The notes below the pieces were generated by a model that did no database searches, was not told where the DNA came from, and saw only the letters and a list, made by a program, of their open reading frames with translations. Below are positions 38,823-52,277 of a stretch of 64,000 bases of DNA, piece by piece. Position numbers and translations under genes: made by a program. Location of the stretch: positions 1,240,001-1,304,000 of the forward strand of contig JADEYG010000012.1 of the NCBI GenBank assembly GCA_016906335.1, given 5' to 3'. Within the stretch, counting starts at the first letter, position 1, and the number at the start of each line of letters is the position of its first letter. This DNA comes from Novakomyces olei. Lineage: Eukaryota.

Positions 38823-40129
38823 AGTGAAAATAATCAAAACAAAAGAAAATGTTAAAGCAAAATGGATACAAAGAATAGACAGTCAAGACTTGCTTAAAAG
38901 TGTATACTGCCGCGACTTTGCACTCGGTAAATGTGCAATTTAATCAAGGCGAACTGGTTTGTTCTGCAAACCCGTTACTCTCAAAGCCCAGCAAGTTTGC
39001 ACTATAGGACGAGCTGAGACGGAGAGAAATTTAAAGAAGGACCAAAAGTAAAAAACACGCAGATTCCCCCTTGTGCGGGTAAACGAGCGACTGTAGCGAG
39101 CGACTTGTCGGCAGAGCCGAATAAAATGATGTGCTTAAATCAGTAGAAACTTCGAGTTAGCACCGCCTTGACCTTTCCAAGACAATAATCTTTTTCGTAC
39201 CTACAAAACAGACACTGTCTGCGGCAAAGAGAAAAGAGATCTTGGGACACCTTTTGCATGGTTAGCTCTGGCTTTATATATCTTATTCGCTTTCACCCTA
39301 TTGACAGACGCGCTAATCGCGAATAAATTAATTTGTGTTATTATCACCGTTTTGGGATGATAGAGACACGCACTGGCCCAATATGGTAATCATATCAAGC
39401 CATCTGGCTCTAAATGAGTTTTCGGTACACGTCAGAAATTCGGATATGCATTTTTGGGTTAGCGGGAATGTAAGATTGATTACTTGAAAAAATACTCGTC
39501 ATGAATATTCCGTAGTATAATCAAGTATTATTGGTGTCGGAGATAAATTGACTCATGTATCTGGAATCTTGAAGGCTGGAATGAATAAAATGTTAGGGCA
39601 AATTGGTAAACTTTTGGCCGAATCCACGCGCACAAGAGACATTTTCGACCAGGGAGAAAAGATTTTCTGAATTTTCGCAGCAATGTCGTGCGTTTCAGAG
39701 GCCCATCATGAATGCTATTCTATGAAATAATTTTGATTTGTTACAAGACGAGCCTGTGGCGAATGAGTAGATATTTTGTAATCTCCGCGTCGTGCCCATA
39801 GTTCTGTTGGGGTGCCAAAATATAGGCTATCATCGAGCTCAAGCTGGGTCTGGCCACGCATAGCATAGCAAGTTTCTAAACCCGCAAATGGAAGGTAAAT
39901 GATTTCGACAGGAATAGAGGATTGAATGGCAATAGGTTCATTATTGAGCACAGTAACAATAACCAATCACGGCTGCTAATATGCTACCTTGTATACGTCA
40001 AACAATGTGCGCATCATAACTTATTGCGCCTTAACGGCGGCTAATTAATGGCTCCAAAGGTATTTTTCTCCATGGCAGGTCAGGCTATAGCATGTCTTAT
40101 CTTTCTCATCTAGGGGAATCTTGTGCGTG

Positions 40130-41107
40130 TCAAAACACAAGGGTATAGTAGCTTGGCGCTACAAACTCCTGGTCAATAATCTGTCTAAACCGCTCAATCA
40201 AGAAGCTTTCGATGCGCCCGACATTTTTCAAAACTTGTTTGTCTCCAGCACCAATTTCGCTTTCAATTTTCATGTCCTGCAGGATATGGTTTTCCAAATC
40301 GCCTTGTCCAGACGCATCGTCAAACAAAGAAATATGAACGCGCTTGTTCGACATACAGGCAACAGCCGCGAGTGCCTCAATTTTAATTTTGCTCACAATA
40401 ATCTTCACCGGCAATGAAATGAAAGCCGGTGAAAGATCAATACTGAGCATCAGCTCCGCCTCCATTTCTAAAACCATATCGCCACTGTATTCAACACGTA
40501 CAATTGCCTGCAAGTCTTCCGTTGCACTGTCACTACTCGGCCTCTGCTCCTGCTCATTCTGGTGCCGAAATGCCAAGCCAGAGTCGCTTTGAACATGCGG
40601 CAAAGCCGGTGACGCCGGGTGACCTGGATCAGAAAAGGCATTGTTCCATCGCGGTGTCGCCAGACCCGATGTGCCAAGACTGTGCGCGAGCATTGGATGA
40701 AAGTAGGATAAAACGCCCGTATTATTGCTTCCGCGCAACGCATGTAGCGGTGGAGGGTACCGTTCATGTTCAATTTCTGAATAAGCCGGCAATGACGTAG
40801 TCTGGCTCTCTGCATCGCTTGAATCGTTGCGCGGAGGCAAATTTTGGTGAGACGGTGGTGAGACAGAGGGCGCTTGCTCGTCTGTCGGTGTACAGGATCC
40901 GTCACTCTCGTCGTAAAACATTGCAAAAGGATCCTCGATATTCTGGATTTCCACGAGCGGTGCCTCCGTACCAAAATCTAAGTTTGTAATATGTACATTT
41001 TGCAAAAACGAAGGGAAAGGTGCCTCTGTAAGTTTCTCGTTGAAAAAGTCGCGTACTGCTTCAGCGTGAGTACTGTTCAGCTTGCGCCAGTCGACTTGGA
41101 CCGACAT
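40130..41107 (-). CDS. MDM12: ERMES complex SMP-domain subunit Mdm12
   Basis: Motifs MSVQVDW..L, FGTEAPLVEIQNIEDPF..FY, DLQ...VEYSGD, FISLPVK and IESEIG...KQVLKNVGRIESF. Confidence 0.94.
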   Translation of the reverse strand: MSVQVDWRKLNSTHAEAVRDFFNEKLTEAPFPSFLQNVHITNLDFGTEAPLVEIQNIEDPFAMFYDESDGSCTPTDEQAPSVSPPSHQNLPPRNDSSDAESQTTSLPAYSEIEHERYPPPLHALRGSNNTGVLSYFHPMLAHSLGTSGLATPRWNNAFSDPGHPASPALPHVQSDSGLAFRHQNEQEQRPSSDSATEDLQAIVRVEYSGDMVLEMEAELMLSIDLSPAFISLPVKIIVSKIKIEALAAVACMSNKRVHISLFDDASGQGDLENHILQDMKIESEIGAGDKQVLKNVGRIESFLIERFRQIIDQEFVAPSYYTLVF

Positions 41108-41498
41108 TGTTCATCGTTCGCGCATTATTGCTTTGATCTGCGAAGCAACTTATTCAACTATTTATTAATTAAAAGCCCGATTTATGTTATGGCGAATTAT
41201 CAATAGATCAGATTTAATGTATGGGAAAGGTCATTTATATAATTGATGGTAGAATAGTGAAAGTGAGACTTGTAACCTCGATATTGTGAGCGAAAAATAG
41301 AATGTAATTATTCGTAAAAATAGAGAAACTAAAATCTACGAAAAAAATGGTATGAAATAAAAGGTTTAAAATAAAATATTAAATTAATCAACAATTAATT
41401 CGACAAATACCCAGATGAATTATATTATACGCGCAAATATTATTTATTCAAACTATATGAAGCTAAAATATTGATAAAGCAAGCTGTCAAACTTGCTA

Positions 41499-44400
41499 TG
41501 GTGACGGCCGATCAGGATTTAAAAGATGAAATAATCAAAGGTAAGATTAGGTTTGCGTTGATTTACATACTAAGCAGTCTAGTTTCACGTGACTTGGCCA
41601 ATGTTTTACAGCAAAGCCCGTGGCGGCTTTGCCGAGTCATTCGACATGCGGACGGCGAGGACGCTGCTAAACTAGTTGAAGAAATTGTAAATTCACGGCA
41701 GGACGAATTTTTTAACATATTTAATGGCCGCACATGCTCGAGCAATCATATTTCGCTTTTACAACTTGTGGCTTCGTTTCGCGATGGGCAGTATGTACAG
41801 TTTGCGCACAAGTGTACAGACTTTTCTCACAAAAATCATATTAAATGGCTGCAGCAACGGCCTTCTCGCAAGTCAGAGAAGCCGAGTCTCTCCAATCGCT
41901 ATCAATCAGTGTTACTACTGCTCTCATTGCTAGAGTACCTTCCTTCTGTGCAGCGCGCTCAAATCATTTCCCGACGCGATGTCTGCCTGTCCCTTTTCAA
42001 GGGAATCTGGCTCGATCCGCCGGAGCTTGTTGTGGAGACACTGCGAGTAACGGAGCTTTTAATGAACGACAGCAATTTAAATCGCTCTGCTAAAATTGCG
42101 TTTACAAGTGCAGCCACTCTTGAACAGATTTCCCATCTTTACAGCGTGGCAACAGAGTACAAGGGCCAGTCCCTCCGTACTCTTGCCCACAAATTCCTAA
42201 TGAAAATGTGTAGTCGGGTGGGATACGGAGCCTGTTACATGAGCCCGGGGTGGGAGTCAATCGGAAAAGATGGTAGTGAAGGGTTTAAGAATAAAGTGTT
42301 GTCTGTTTTTATCCATACATTACGGCCAGCAAGGGACACGCTGCAAAGGGAACTCGTAGTGGCTATTGTCCAGGCCTGCCCTGAAGTTTACCCTCTTTAT
42401 TTGGCTGCTGGTGGCAAGAACGGTCTCGACTTTGAGCCAGCCAATACTCTTAATTTTGTGGGGTCAATGACGACACTGCAATTGTGTGTGCAAGTCCAGA
42501 GCTATGGCAATATTGCCCACAAAAGACCTGATCCTCAATCTGTAGCGGATTTGCTTTGCCCTCCTGCTGTGGGGCCCAGCCTGCTGACAAAATGCCTTGC
42601 CAGTGAGAACCGGTTAATTCGGCTATTCACTCTGCGGTACATTGAAGTTGTACTGCTGAAAGCCAATGAAATATATAGCTCTTTCCCCGACAGAGACAGA
42701 TGGACAAATATATCACCATTAGAGGGACGTAATACGGATTATTTGACAGCGTTTATGGCTCAAATTGAAAAGTGCCTACCCGAACAAAGTCTTGTCGTGC
42801 GGCGCAATAATACTGCAGACTCGATTGTTCTAAGTGAGCTTGAGATGCGAGTTTCCCTGCAATACTCCCGACTGGTTTTGAACGATGCTTCAGAATTTCC
42901 GATTGACAGAGATCGTTTTCTAGCTATTGCCGAGTCCAAAATTGAGCCGGGAGCGTCGACATTTGCCACGTTTTTGACGAATCTGTGTCGATTGCACGTA
43001 CTTTACGCGCTTTTACACGCGGTTGATCTAGGAACCTTTTCTTCAAAGGGTAAGAAGCTTTATGCCATTGCTGTTTTAAACTAATATCCAGGTTCAAATG
43101 TTCTCGATACTCTATTTAGCTTTTCTTCCGTCTCGGCAGATTCAAACTTTCAATCAGCGATTGTCGAAATCATTGAAAAATATCTGGCGTCTAAACACGC
43201 TTGTCCGGCGGGAAGAGTGGTTGGACTCGGTAAAATTCTTGTCGCTTCATTGCCACCCGCAGGATCCGATCGTGACGTGGTAACAAATTTTACAGCAAAT
43301 GCACTAGCTCATTTCGAGCGGTCACCGTTCCGAGAGTTTGATAATATGACAAAGGAACTTGTAGCGGCTAATCTGATGGTCGACTCGCTTGTTCATGGAA
43401 GACTTACGCTTTTCTTCTACAAACTATGGAGCCAAATGGCGCATGTGCAGCCAGACAGCCCCGGCTTTATTGTCGTGTCAACTTGGCTGGTGAGACTAAC
43501 GCAAAGTGTACTAACCTTTGGAGAGCCTCCTCTGGTTGTGCACGCTATTCTTTCACGCTTGAAGGAGGATAAATTTGGTAATAATGTAGTCTTATTATCG
43601 GCCTTAAACAAAGCTCTTCTGCTCTACAGTGTCCCAAGCGTAGACGGCTTTCATATGGAACTGGATAACACCAATACAAAGACGAATTTGCCAAGTTTTG
43701 CGGACTCATTGTTAAGCGTTAGAAACGACAATGATCTCTCAAAAGTTTTGCAAGCTTACGATTGGAATTCGGACCCGAGTTTGCTTTATTACCGCGTCGG
43801 TGCAATTTGCTTCTGGCTGTGGCGCCTTTGTCGAGTACTGGGCAAAATGGGCGCAAACACTATCTCTATTGACACTGTTTTTCATATACTAGGAGAGACA
43901 GTAACAACCGAGGAGCTGCCTCGCGGTACTCTGCAAAATATCAGTCTGTTAATCGTGGACAGTCAAGCCTTTCGGGATTTGTCGGATTTGGTGCAGACAA
44001 AACCGGACTTGCACCCCTTAATCTACAGCTGCTTTGGTGGCTTTTACCATTTTTTGGCCAGCGTACCAAGGCATATTCTTCTCAAAGTACCTCTGCCAAT
44101 CCATTTAAACGGACAGGAAACGTTTTATGAAAATTTGAAACGTGTACCTCATTCTTCGGAAGTTTTAGAGATTCTTTTGAAGGCAGACAGTGGACAGCTG
44201 GCTTCAATTTTCGAGCTGTTAGCCCTTGAGCAGGCCTATGCTTCTCGTGGTAGCACAATTCATGCAGCTAAAGTTCTGCTGGCCTTGGGGACGCGGCAGA
44301 AGCTACCAGCACCGGCGTTGCCAGTCATCTTAACCGCGGTCGCAGGTCAAGGCCTGGACCAATCAGACTTGGCGAAGGCTTTGGTCGTTGTTGATACAGC

Positions 44401-46480
44401 CGATGCCCAATACGTAAATAGCCAAAGCAGAGCAAGAGACGCTGCTTTTTCGATTTTAGATCTGGCCGATGAGGCACTGGATGATATAAAGATTGTTCTA
44501 CTACACAAAATCGACATTACCCTAGCCGAGCTTGTCTCGTGCCTGGAAAAATCCGGGAAACAGATTGGATTCGGCAGAGTCGTCGATGAAATTTGCTCAA
44601 TGTTAGCGGAAGATTGTGACAATATCGGTACAGGCGAGAGAAAAAGGATAGAAGCAGTCGCGGATAAGCTTGTTTCAATGATCGATGCTCGAAATAGTAT
44701 AGATAATAGCGACGGGGAAAAGGATGGTACGCATCATTCTTATACTTTTCCTCCGTCGCTTTTGAGTCTATGTTCGCATCGAGCACGTGCTAGCTTTGCC
44801 AAGGCCTTTCTTACGCGTTCAATAATACCATTTGATCTGACAACAGTGAAAGTCATTGATTGCTGCTGCGAAATGGATGAGACGGCTGCTCGGCAATTTA
44901 CAAACACGCTTTTCCAAGCGCTCACGAGACGGTGTGCAGAAGACCAAATTCTGTCACCGGATTTGTTGGATTTTGTGACGGAAATAAGCGCTCGTCCGCG
45001 GATTTTACAGAGCCTTTGCAAGCATGGTAGCGCCCAATCATTTTCAACGTTGATGGAATCTTGCTTACTGTACAAAATCAATGTTTTGCAAATCATCAAA
45101 TTTGCAGCCCTGCTTCACCATGAAACAATCCAATTGCCTCGTCAAGCTCCGATTAGAAAGGCCTTTACGAATAGTGCTCGGTTGATTTCATTGTTATTGA
45201 CCAGCAATGAGTCACCTCTGCTCTTTTTCGCACCCGAAACTGAGCAAGAGCGCATTTACTCGGCCGTTTTGCTCAGAGATTTAGTAGTGAACGAGTCTGC
45301 TAACGGCAACGGCACTAGTTCAGTGTCCGTTTCGACCGTTTACGCTTTACTAAATTGCATACACGGTTACTTGGAGGTATCAGAGACCTTACTGATGGCG
45401 ACTCTGAAATGGATCGAAGAGAAACTACACTTGTCCGCTCTGTCCCTTGTTGCGTCTAGCTCTATTCATATAAGTGACATGGTTATCCCGCAACACGGGT
45501 CGCAGTTGTCTCTTTGGGTCCGGCCTTTTGTGCTACAAAACTCTGTAAACTGTTTCACTGTTCGGCCTTTTATCCTCGGAAACCTATCGGGCTTGCCGGA
45601 AATCGATTCGAACGAGATATCGTCTACCGACAAAACTCTTTGCTACTCGCCGGATTATATTCTGCCTTTGCTGGCGCGTCTTGTGCTAAGCGATACGGGT
45701 ACACAGGACTCTGTTTTACAAGATTTGATTGCAACAAATCTACTTGCCTTTTCTACAATGTGCCTGTCACACGAAGCGAGGGCGACAAGACTACAAGCGC
45801 ACCAGATACTATGTGCTGTATTGCGCCGAGTGGGTGCGAGTTCTTTCCGGTACAAGGATCAGTTATGTTTGGCACTAACAGTTTTGCTCGCCTCTATTCC
45901 CGAACAGAGCCAAACTGAGGTGGATGAAGATGGGAGAGAAGACAAAAAAGAGGACAAATCAAGTGAAGCTCCACCGGCTGTTCTTGGTGTGATTTGCAGT
46001 TTCTTTTCAAAAGCCTTTAGCATCCTTTGTGACCCGGGACATTGGTGTTATGAGAATATTAATCGCTACTTGCTGCAGCGCTGCAGGTTACGAAGTACAG
46101 AGATCCCACTGTATCATCGACTCGTTTTCTCCGGGACAGAATACCGACGCGGTATCAGTTTTTTATTGGATTTTTTGGAAATAGGGCTGGTAACAGATGC
46201 CGATTTTGCAGTGTACCAAAGGTACCGAGTTTTCGAGATGGCAATGTCCCTTTTCGATGGAGTAGACGGGCAGGCCTTGCATCAAAATGGACGATTACGG
46301 TGCCTGCGACTGTTTTTTAGGGCTCAAAGTTTTGCGGAATGGGCCAACAGCCTCTCTCTTCGTCAGGGATTTGATGTTTGGTTGAACCTGCCACGGGAAA
46401 GTTTGTCTGACTCGCTTCAGCGGGGGATCCAGCAGCTGATTGGTCGCCAACAGTTTTGCCGTGGGACACAAGGCGTTTAA
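41499..46480 (+). CDS. URB1: Nucleolar pre-ribosome-associated protein Urb1/Npa1; introns 41541-41582, 43050-43091
   Basis: N-terminal Npa1-like motifs (LFKGIWLDPPELV, KNKVL..FI.TLRPARDTLQRELV..I..ACPE) and C-terminal NopRA1-like motifs (YSPDYILP, PGHWCYENINRYLL...EIPLY). About 1630 aa after splicing. Confidence 0.88.
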
Positions 46481-46640
46481 TAGTCTCAAGATACCCGAAT
46501 AATAGACATGGGGAACCGATGTGTATATTGAAAAAACAAAAGGAAAAAAAGAGGAGAAAATCAAAGAATAGCTAATAAACGGTGTACATTAAATTATCCA
46601 TATTTCTTGCGAGTGCTATAGGTTCGTTTACAGTTCATAA

Positions 46641-47209
46641 TTACAAGCCCGGATTCATTTGCTCAAGCTCTTGGTGGAATGGCTTTGCACTCGCGTCGTC
46701 TTTTCAATTAGTAACAGGCCACTTGTGAGAGGAATAAACAATAGACAAGTTAAAAAAAAAGTAAAAAAAAATTATTCAAATGAACACAAAAACAGATAAA
46801 CAAATAAACAAATAAATACTCAAATAAAATTAGCCGTAAACATTGTCGTACCCGTGTAGATCTCGTCCCAAGTGCACGAAGCATCATTACCCGTGAGTAT
46901 ATCATAGTGCAAGCCAGACGGTCCGCCCAAAGAAGAGGGTTTAAAATCTACGCCAGTAATCTGCCGCTCCATTTCGCGCCGCATAGCTTCATGCAGCCCG
47001 AAAACTCGTCTTCTGTTCTCCTGCAGCAGCTGGAATTGCTGCTCGTCCCAGTTGCGCAGACGATTAGCCAGAGGGTGTGGTTCCCGTACATTCGACGCAG
47101 CCGTTTCCAGCCCCGATCTTAGCCTGTCACTGATGATTGGTGCAGACGGCGCAGCACTTGCCGTCTGTGCTTTCCTCGTAGATTCCTGAGGGACTATTCG
47201 CAGCGCCAT
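46641..47209 (-). CDS. UMP1: Proteasome maturation factor Ump1, intron 46700-46851
   Basis: Motifs MALRIVP, HPLANRLRNW, RRVFGLHEAMRREME, LHYDILTGND...WDEIYT|DD and FHQELE. Confidence 0.94.
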
Positions 47210-47330
47210 ACTGTGATTGCGTGTACTGTAAGCAGCCGGTTCTGATCATTTATTTATTTGTCATATAATAATCATATATTAGGCAGACAGTACTCGGGTG
47301 AAATTATGTCAAAAGAATAATGCCAGAGAG

Positions 47331-47359
47331 AGTTAGTTAGGGTTAGTTAGGGTTAGTTA
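47331..47359. promoter_or_regulatory. TTAGGG-type (AACCCT/telomere-like) motif cluster in the UMP1 / 4E-BP-like divergent promoter
   Basis: AGTTAGTTAGGGTTAGTTAGGGTTAGTTA; similar motifs occur upstream of several other genes. Function is inferred. Confidence 0.5.
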
Positions 47360-47799
47360 TCAGCTAGATGATTGTGGTTTTGTATCCACAAGTAATTCAT
47401 AGAATACAATTCATAGTATACAATTACGTGTCATTATAGACGCACGCGAGACGGCAAGTAACAACTAGCGCGCAACTCTATTTCACAATACCGTACTATC
47501 TCATACTTTGAAGCCAGGGTTTTCCGCTCGTAATTTCCAGGGTAAACGAAGCGGAGACGAGACTGGCGAACGGTGAACGAGTGCTTACCTGCTTCAACTT
47601 GGACTTGAACCGTAAATTTTATTCGAAAAAGCAGTTTCGTCAAAGGCGTATATGCTAAAGGCTTCTCCGTTAAACAAAAGCACTTCACCGGGAGAGAGAT
47701 CGGCTACGCTGGAAGGCTTCGCGTTTGTAGAGTGCGATCCTTTTATCTCGTAAAGGTTACACGCGCAGACGCAAGACGACAGTCGTGTCAGCTTACGGG

Positions 47800-50343
47800 A
47801 TGAGCAGCGGCGACGGTGACGGCGGTACTGCTTATGCTCGCGGTGGACCGTCGGTTCGTCGCTATGCCGCCGATACAATGTTTGCGATACGCGATGGATC
47901 TCTGCTGATACCAACGCCTGAAATCCCGGACTGGTTCGGGTACGATATTGTTTTGCACTTTGCAGTAAACTCATAATCTCAAGGCCGGAATACGTGAAAG
48001 CTTTCAAGTTAAAAATGCAGGCAAATCTGCGCCCGCAGCCGGCAACTCAGCCGAGGACGCGGCGGTAGGATACTTGTTCCAACCGGTTTATTAACTTTTA
48101 GAACCGATGACGAAGCTGATGCTCCCGCACAAAGTACGTTTTTTACAATACCCCTGAAAAGAGTGAGAAGGGAAAAGAAGAAAAGAAAAAGAGAGAAGAG
48201 AAATTGGCTATACAAGTATCAATTTAATTTTCCGAGGCTGCTGTACCCAATTCTTGGGCTAGCCAGATACTTATCTTTGTTGACTTGTACATTTCCGTTA
48301 TTTTTTTTTTTTTTATCATTCCAGTTGGTCTTTACTAGCGCCTATTTTTTTTTTTTTTTTTTTTTTCCTTTTTTTTGCTTCTTTTAATCTGTTATTTATC
48401 ACATAGTGTTTCAATCATCTAGTTGTTTCGGCCTTCACTTTTGCTCTACAATTTTATTATAAATATCATACGATGCTAACGACAGAATTCGGTCAAGACA
48501 TAGTATTGGGACCTCCCAATTTCGCTTTTTCTTCTTCCACTCCTCTCCCCGCACGTAAACAGGACGGAAAGGACGGAAACCCACGGGCGATTGATGTTTT
48601 CAAAACACGGCCGTGGAACCACAAGTCTTCCGCAGTTGAAAGCGTAGACGAAGGCTGGACCAACGTATCCTCCCGCCGTAAAGCTTCAGACGATACGCGC
48701 CACCACGAGCACAGTATACGAGGAGGCACACGTGGCAGGGGTGGAGCAGCGGGGCGTCGTGCTAGTGGGACTGATCGTGAAGATGGTCATTTTCGATCTA
48801 ACCACAGTGCTGGAGGGAAAGTGTGGGAAAGAGGCAAAACTGTACTGGCTGATACTCCACCACGAAGGGAGCATTACCGTAAAGACGAAAAGCCCGATGA
48901 AATCCCAGAAGGGTTCAATGAGCAAAAGACTGTTGCTGATTTCGAAGCTTGGAAGGCTAGTATGCGTAAACCCAAGGCTTCTGATGCTCATGAACCTCAG
49001 CTGTTGCAGCAACAACAGCAATCAACGCAGCCAAAGACGGGACACAGAGAAGAAATTGGTCAAGGAAAGCCGACTGATGAAACGGACAAGGAACATGGAC
49101 TGGATGCTGCTTTGCACGATAATCCGTACACTCTGCTTGACGTTAACTCAGAGACCGATCTTGCTAAATTGTCCTCTAAAAAACTGGCAAATGACAAACA
49201 ACAAAATAATAATGTTTCAGGTAATATTTCAACTACAATCACGTCTTCTGCCGCCCCTGCATCAAAGCAATCTTCAAGGTTCAGAAAGTTTTTCACTGCT
49301 CCAAACGCGGAGACAAGCAATCCTCAGAGTCAAAGTCCTCCTTCGTCAGCTTTTCCTCGGCACGCGTCTCCTACACATGCCCAGTCTCCGTCACAGGCTC
49401 AACACGCTGAGCCTGCTTCTACTCTACCGAAAGAATCAACCATTCCTTCTTCGCTGGCTTCCAAAGGCGGTAATGATGCTGAAGGATTTTCAAAGATTAT
49501 GGCTATGCTTCAGTCAGGAAAGGTATGATAATTTATATAGTAGCAAGTTTGGGTTTTTTTTTATTTTTTTTTAATTACCTATATACTTCGTAATTTCAAC
49601 AATCGTGTCTGGTGCGCTTCTTTTAAGCATTTTGTTAATAATTCGCCTAATTAAAATACTAATTTCAGCCACGGCCACACACTACAGCTGAATCACATCA
49701 GCCGGCACAAGAGTCCGGTCTCCCGGCGTCCCGACCAGCTCTTACCACGGGTCAATTACCCTCAACTAAGGATCAGGACAAACAGTTTTTCCTTTCTCTT
49801 CTATCTCAGTCTAAAGGTGGCAATAGCGGAGCCGCTGAGGCTTCTAATCGCTCTTCGCCTTCTGATATTCCCGTACCTACGTCAGTATATCGTCATACCT
49901 CAGGCAGCAAATCACAACAAAGTCTGGAAGGCCATCGACCTCAGCATCAAGGAAGCACAGAGAAATATCCGAGAAACGCGAGTCCATTGGATCGACATAC
50001 ACCAAGTCCTTTTGCCAGCAATTCTCAAGGCCGAGAAAGGATAGTAATGGGTCCTCCGCCAGGATTCGAGCACACGCGTCCCCAAGCTGGTCTAGTGGGC
50101 GCGGGTAACGGGAACATTTCTTCTGCTAATCAAGCGGCCTTTGCCTCCATGCCGCCTTCATCTCCAAAGCAACCCCCGCCTCCACCGCCAGGGTATTCTG
50201 CAGATGCGTTGCCTGACAGGTTTGCTCGTATGGGTCCCTTATCTCCGGCAAATTTACCACAGTATCAGCCGATACCGCCTGGGTTTTCTGCCCAATCACC
50301 TCCAAAGAGAAGTGATACTCGGCCTCCGCCCGGGTTTAGCTAG
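47800..50343 (+). CDS. Putative eIF4E-binding (Eap1/4E-T-like) disordered protein, 5 exons
   Basis: Exon 1 has RRYAADTMFAIR...PDWFG, a YxxxxL-phi-like motif. Later come DIVLGPPNFAF, DFEAWKASM, SSRFRKFF and PPPGF/PPGY motifs. Introns 47940-47983, 48064-48100, 48134-48486 and 49523-49668 keep the frame. Confidence 0.65.
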
Positions 50344-50857
50344 CACGATCTTTAATATATAATAATATATATATTGGATCTATTTTCTGCTTATTGTATC
50401 TTGTAAAGTTTTGAATTTTGTCAGGGTTTTTACGTATTTCAACCGAGATTTGAGCATTCACGGTATCGAGAAGCCCGTATTCCTTGTACAACGGAGCATT
50501 GAAATTAGATAAGGGCGGGTTATATTAGGATATAGTATCCTCCAAGGGGCAATCGATTTGCTCTGGCCAGAAATGAGGCAAAATGATATTTTAATATAAT
50601 TATAGACTAATATTGTTAATTTTTCGTCCCGATTTGTTTATCTAACGGCCCAAATAGTTAGCGGCCGACTGGTTGAATAAACCCTAACCCCGACCCTATC
50701 TATATACATATATAAATATTTAAGATATTCATGTCGAATATTCCACTTCTATTCCAGACATTTCCTGGAGAAAACCCTGACTACACCAAATCATATATAC
50801 AGCGCTGACGTAGCACAGTATTCTACTAGCCTCACAGTTTCGAGTCCGTCTTTTTCC

Positions 50858-51871
50858 ATGTTTGTTGTACCCAGACTCGCGGGCTGTGCGCGCTCTGGCG
50901 TGGCACGCCCGTTTTTCCAAGCACACGCTGCTCGACGAACCTTTGTCAGCGGCAATAACAATTTTTTTGCCCGCGCTGTTCGCGATTCCAAGTCTGCCTC
51001 TGGTCCCGCGTTTAGCCGGCTCGGCGCTACCTTTCGGCGCGCATTTAGTCTCTCCCCGAATGGCGCAGTCGTATCACGGCCCACGCAGGGCGAAGCCCTT
51101 CGTCGGCTTCTTACTGCGGGTGCTCTGATCGGCGGCACTGCGTGGGGGATCAACGCCTTTGCCAATCGCGATACGCGGGGGGCTTTGACAGCAGCAGAGC
51201 GCGAGTATCTGCATTCCACCTTCCGCTACGTGGGCGCTGGTCTAGCGATAACTGGCGTGGGCGCTTATCTATCCTTCACTCGTGGGTGGACGTTTCGGCT
51301 AATGAGCATGAATCCGTGGGCTGTACTCGGCATTACGCTAGTGGGATCTATTGCCACCATGATGGGCACAATATACACTGACCCGTCCCGTGTAGGGCAA
51401 AAGCATATATTCTGGGCCGGTTTTATGATGACACAGGCTATCGGCCTTGGATCGCTGTGCTTTGTTGCTCCCAGTATCTTGGCTAGAGCGGGTCTTTACA
51501 CCGCTGGAATTGTCGGTGCCCTGGCTTACGTGGGCGCCACTGCGCGGGAGGACCGTTATCTGTATATGGGAGGCCCACTGCTGTGTGGAATGACTGTTGT
51601 TGCGCTATCGGCACTGGCGCCGATGGTGCTCCCCTTGGGTTCACGATCTCTCATGGCCGCCGAGGCAATTTACATGTATGGCGGACTCGGTGTGTTTTCG
51701 CTGAGTGCTCTGTTCCACACACAATCTGTACTCGCACACGCCCGGATGGCACAGTCTGGCCGATTGCGACCTGATCCTTGTGCGGAATCTTTGGGCTTGT
51801 ACCTTGATTTCCTTAATATTTTTATCCGCATGGTTATGATTCTTTCCGGTAGCCAGCAGCGCCGCCGGTAA
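50858..51871 (+). CDS. BI-1/TMBIM family mitochondrial inner-membrane protein (GHITM/MICS1-like)
   Basis: Arg-rich presequence; motifs EREYLHSTF.Y.G.GL, RAGLYTAGIVGAL, YLYMGGPLL, YGGLGVFS and ESLGLYLDFLNIFIRMV. Confidence 0.92.
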   Translation: MFVVPRLAGCARSGVARPFFQAHAARRTFVSGNNNFFARAVRDSKSASGPAFSRLGATFRRAFSLSPNGAVVSRPTQGEALRRLLTAGALIGGTAWGINAFANRDTRGALTAAEREYLHSTFRYVGAGLAITGVGAYLSFTRGWTFRLMSMNPWAVLGITLVGSIATMMGTIYTDPSRVGQKHIFWAGFMMTQAIGLGSLCFVAPSILARAGLYTAGIVGALAYVGATAREDRYLYMGGPLLCGMTVVALSALAPMVLPLGSRSLMAAEAIYMYGGLGVFSLSALFHTQSVLAHARMAQSGRLRPDPCAESLGLYLDFLNIFIRMVMILSGSQQRRR

Positions 51872-52218
51872 GAGATCGCTTGGTCCACGGTTGAGTTTAG
51901 GTCTGTACGCTTGGTTTTCATCTCTCTCGCATTAGTAATGAATAAACGATTAACAGGTCAGTATCCCTCTTTGCTCTTGCTCGTTTTTGATCGGTTTTGT
52001 CCGTATGAATATTTTATTTTCTCAAGGAGTATAGCGATCTACTTGCTTATAGAACGCGTTTTGGAATCAGGATAGGAATCTACTTGTAACAAAAGTCGAC
52101 CGTGAAATGATTAGTAAAACAGCGTTGCGTATCGGCTTTTCATTTGATCTCGCACATTTTTTAACACTCTCATTCTAAAAAGCCAGTCATACAACCATAC
52201 CGCGGATTTCGCCAACTG

Positions 52219-52277
52219 ATTAATTGTAATTGTATTAATTGTATTAATTGTACTAATTGTATTAGTTGTATTAATTC
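52219..52277. repeat. 9-bp degenerate tandem repeat (TTAATTGTA), about 5 copies
   Basis: Directly visible in intergenic DNA. Confidence 0.85.

Noticed and set aside
39715..39966. 83-aa minus-strand ORF between the GH128 gene and MDM12
   Set aside because: Non-ATG start, no motif and no convincing exon structure.
48732..49574. 280-aa alternate-frame ORF in the 4E-BP-like gene (and 53747-54472 in the La-motif gene)
   Set aside because: Off-frame shadows of low-complexity coding sequence without independent support.
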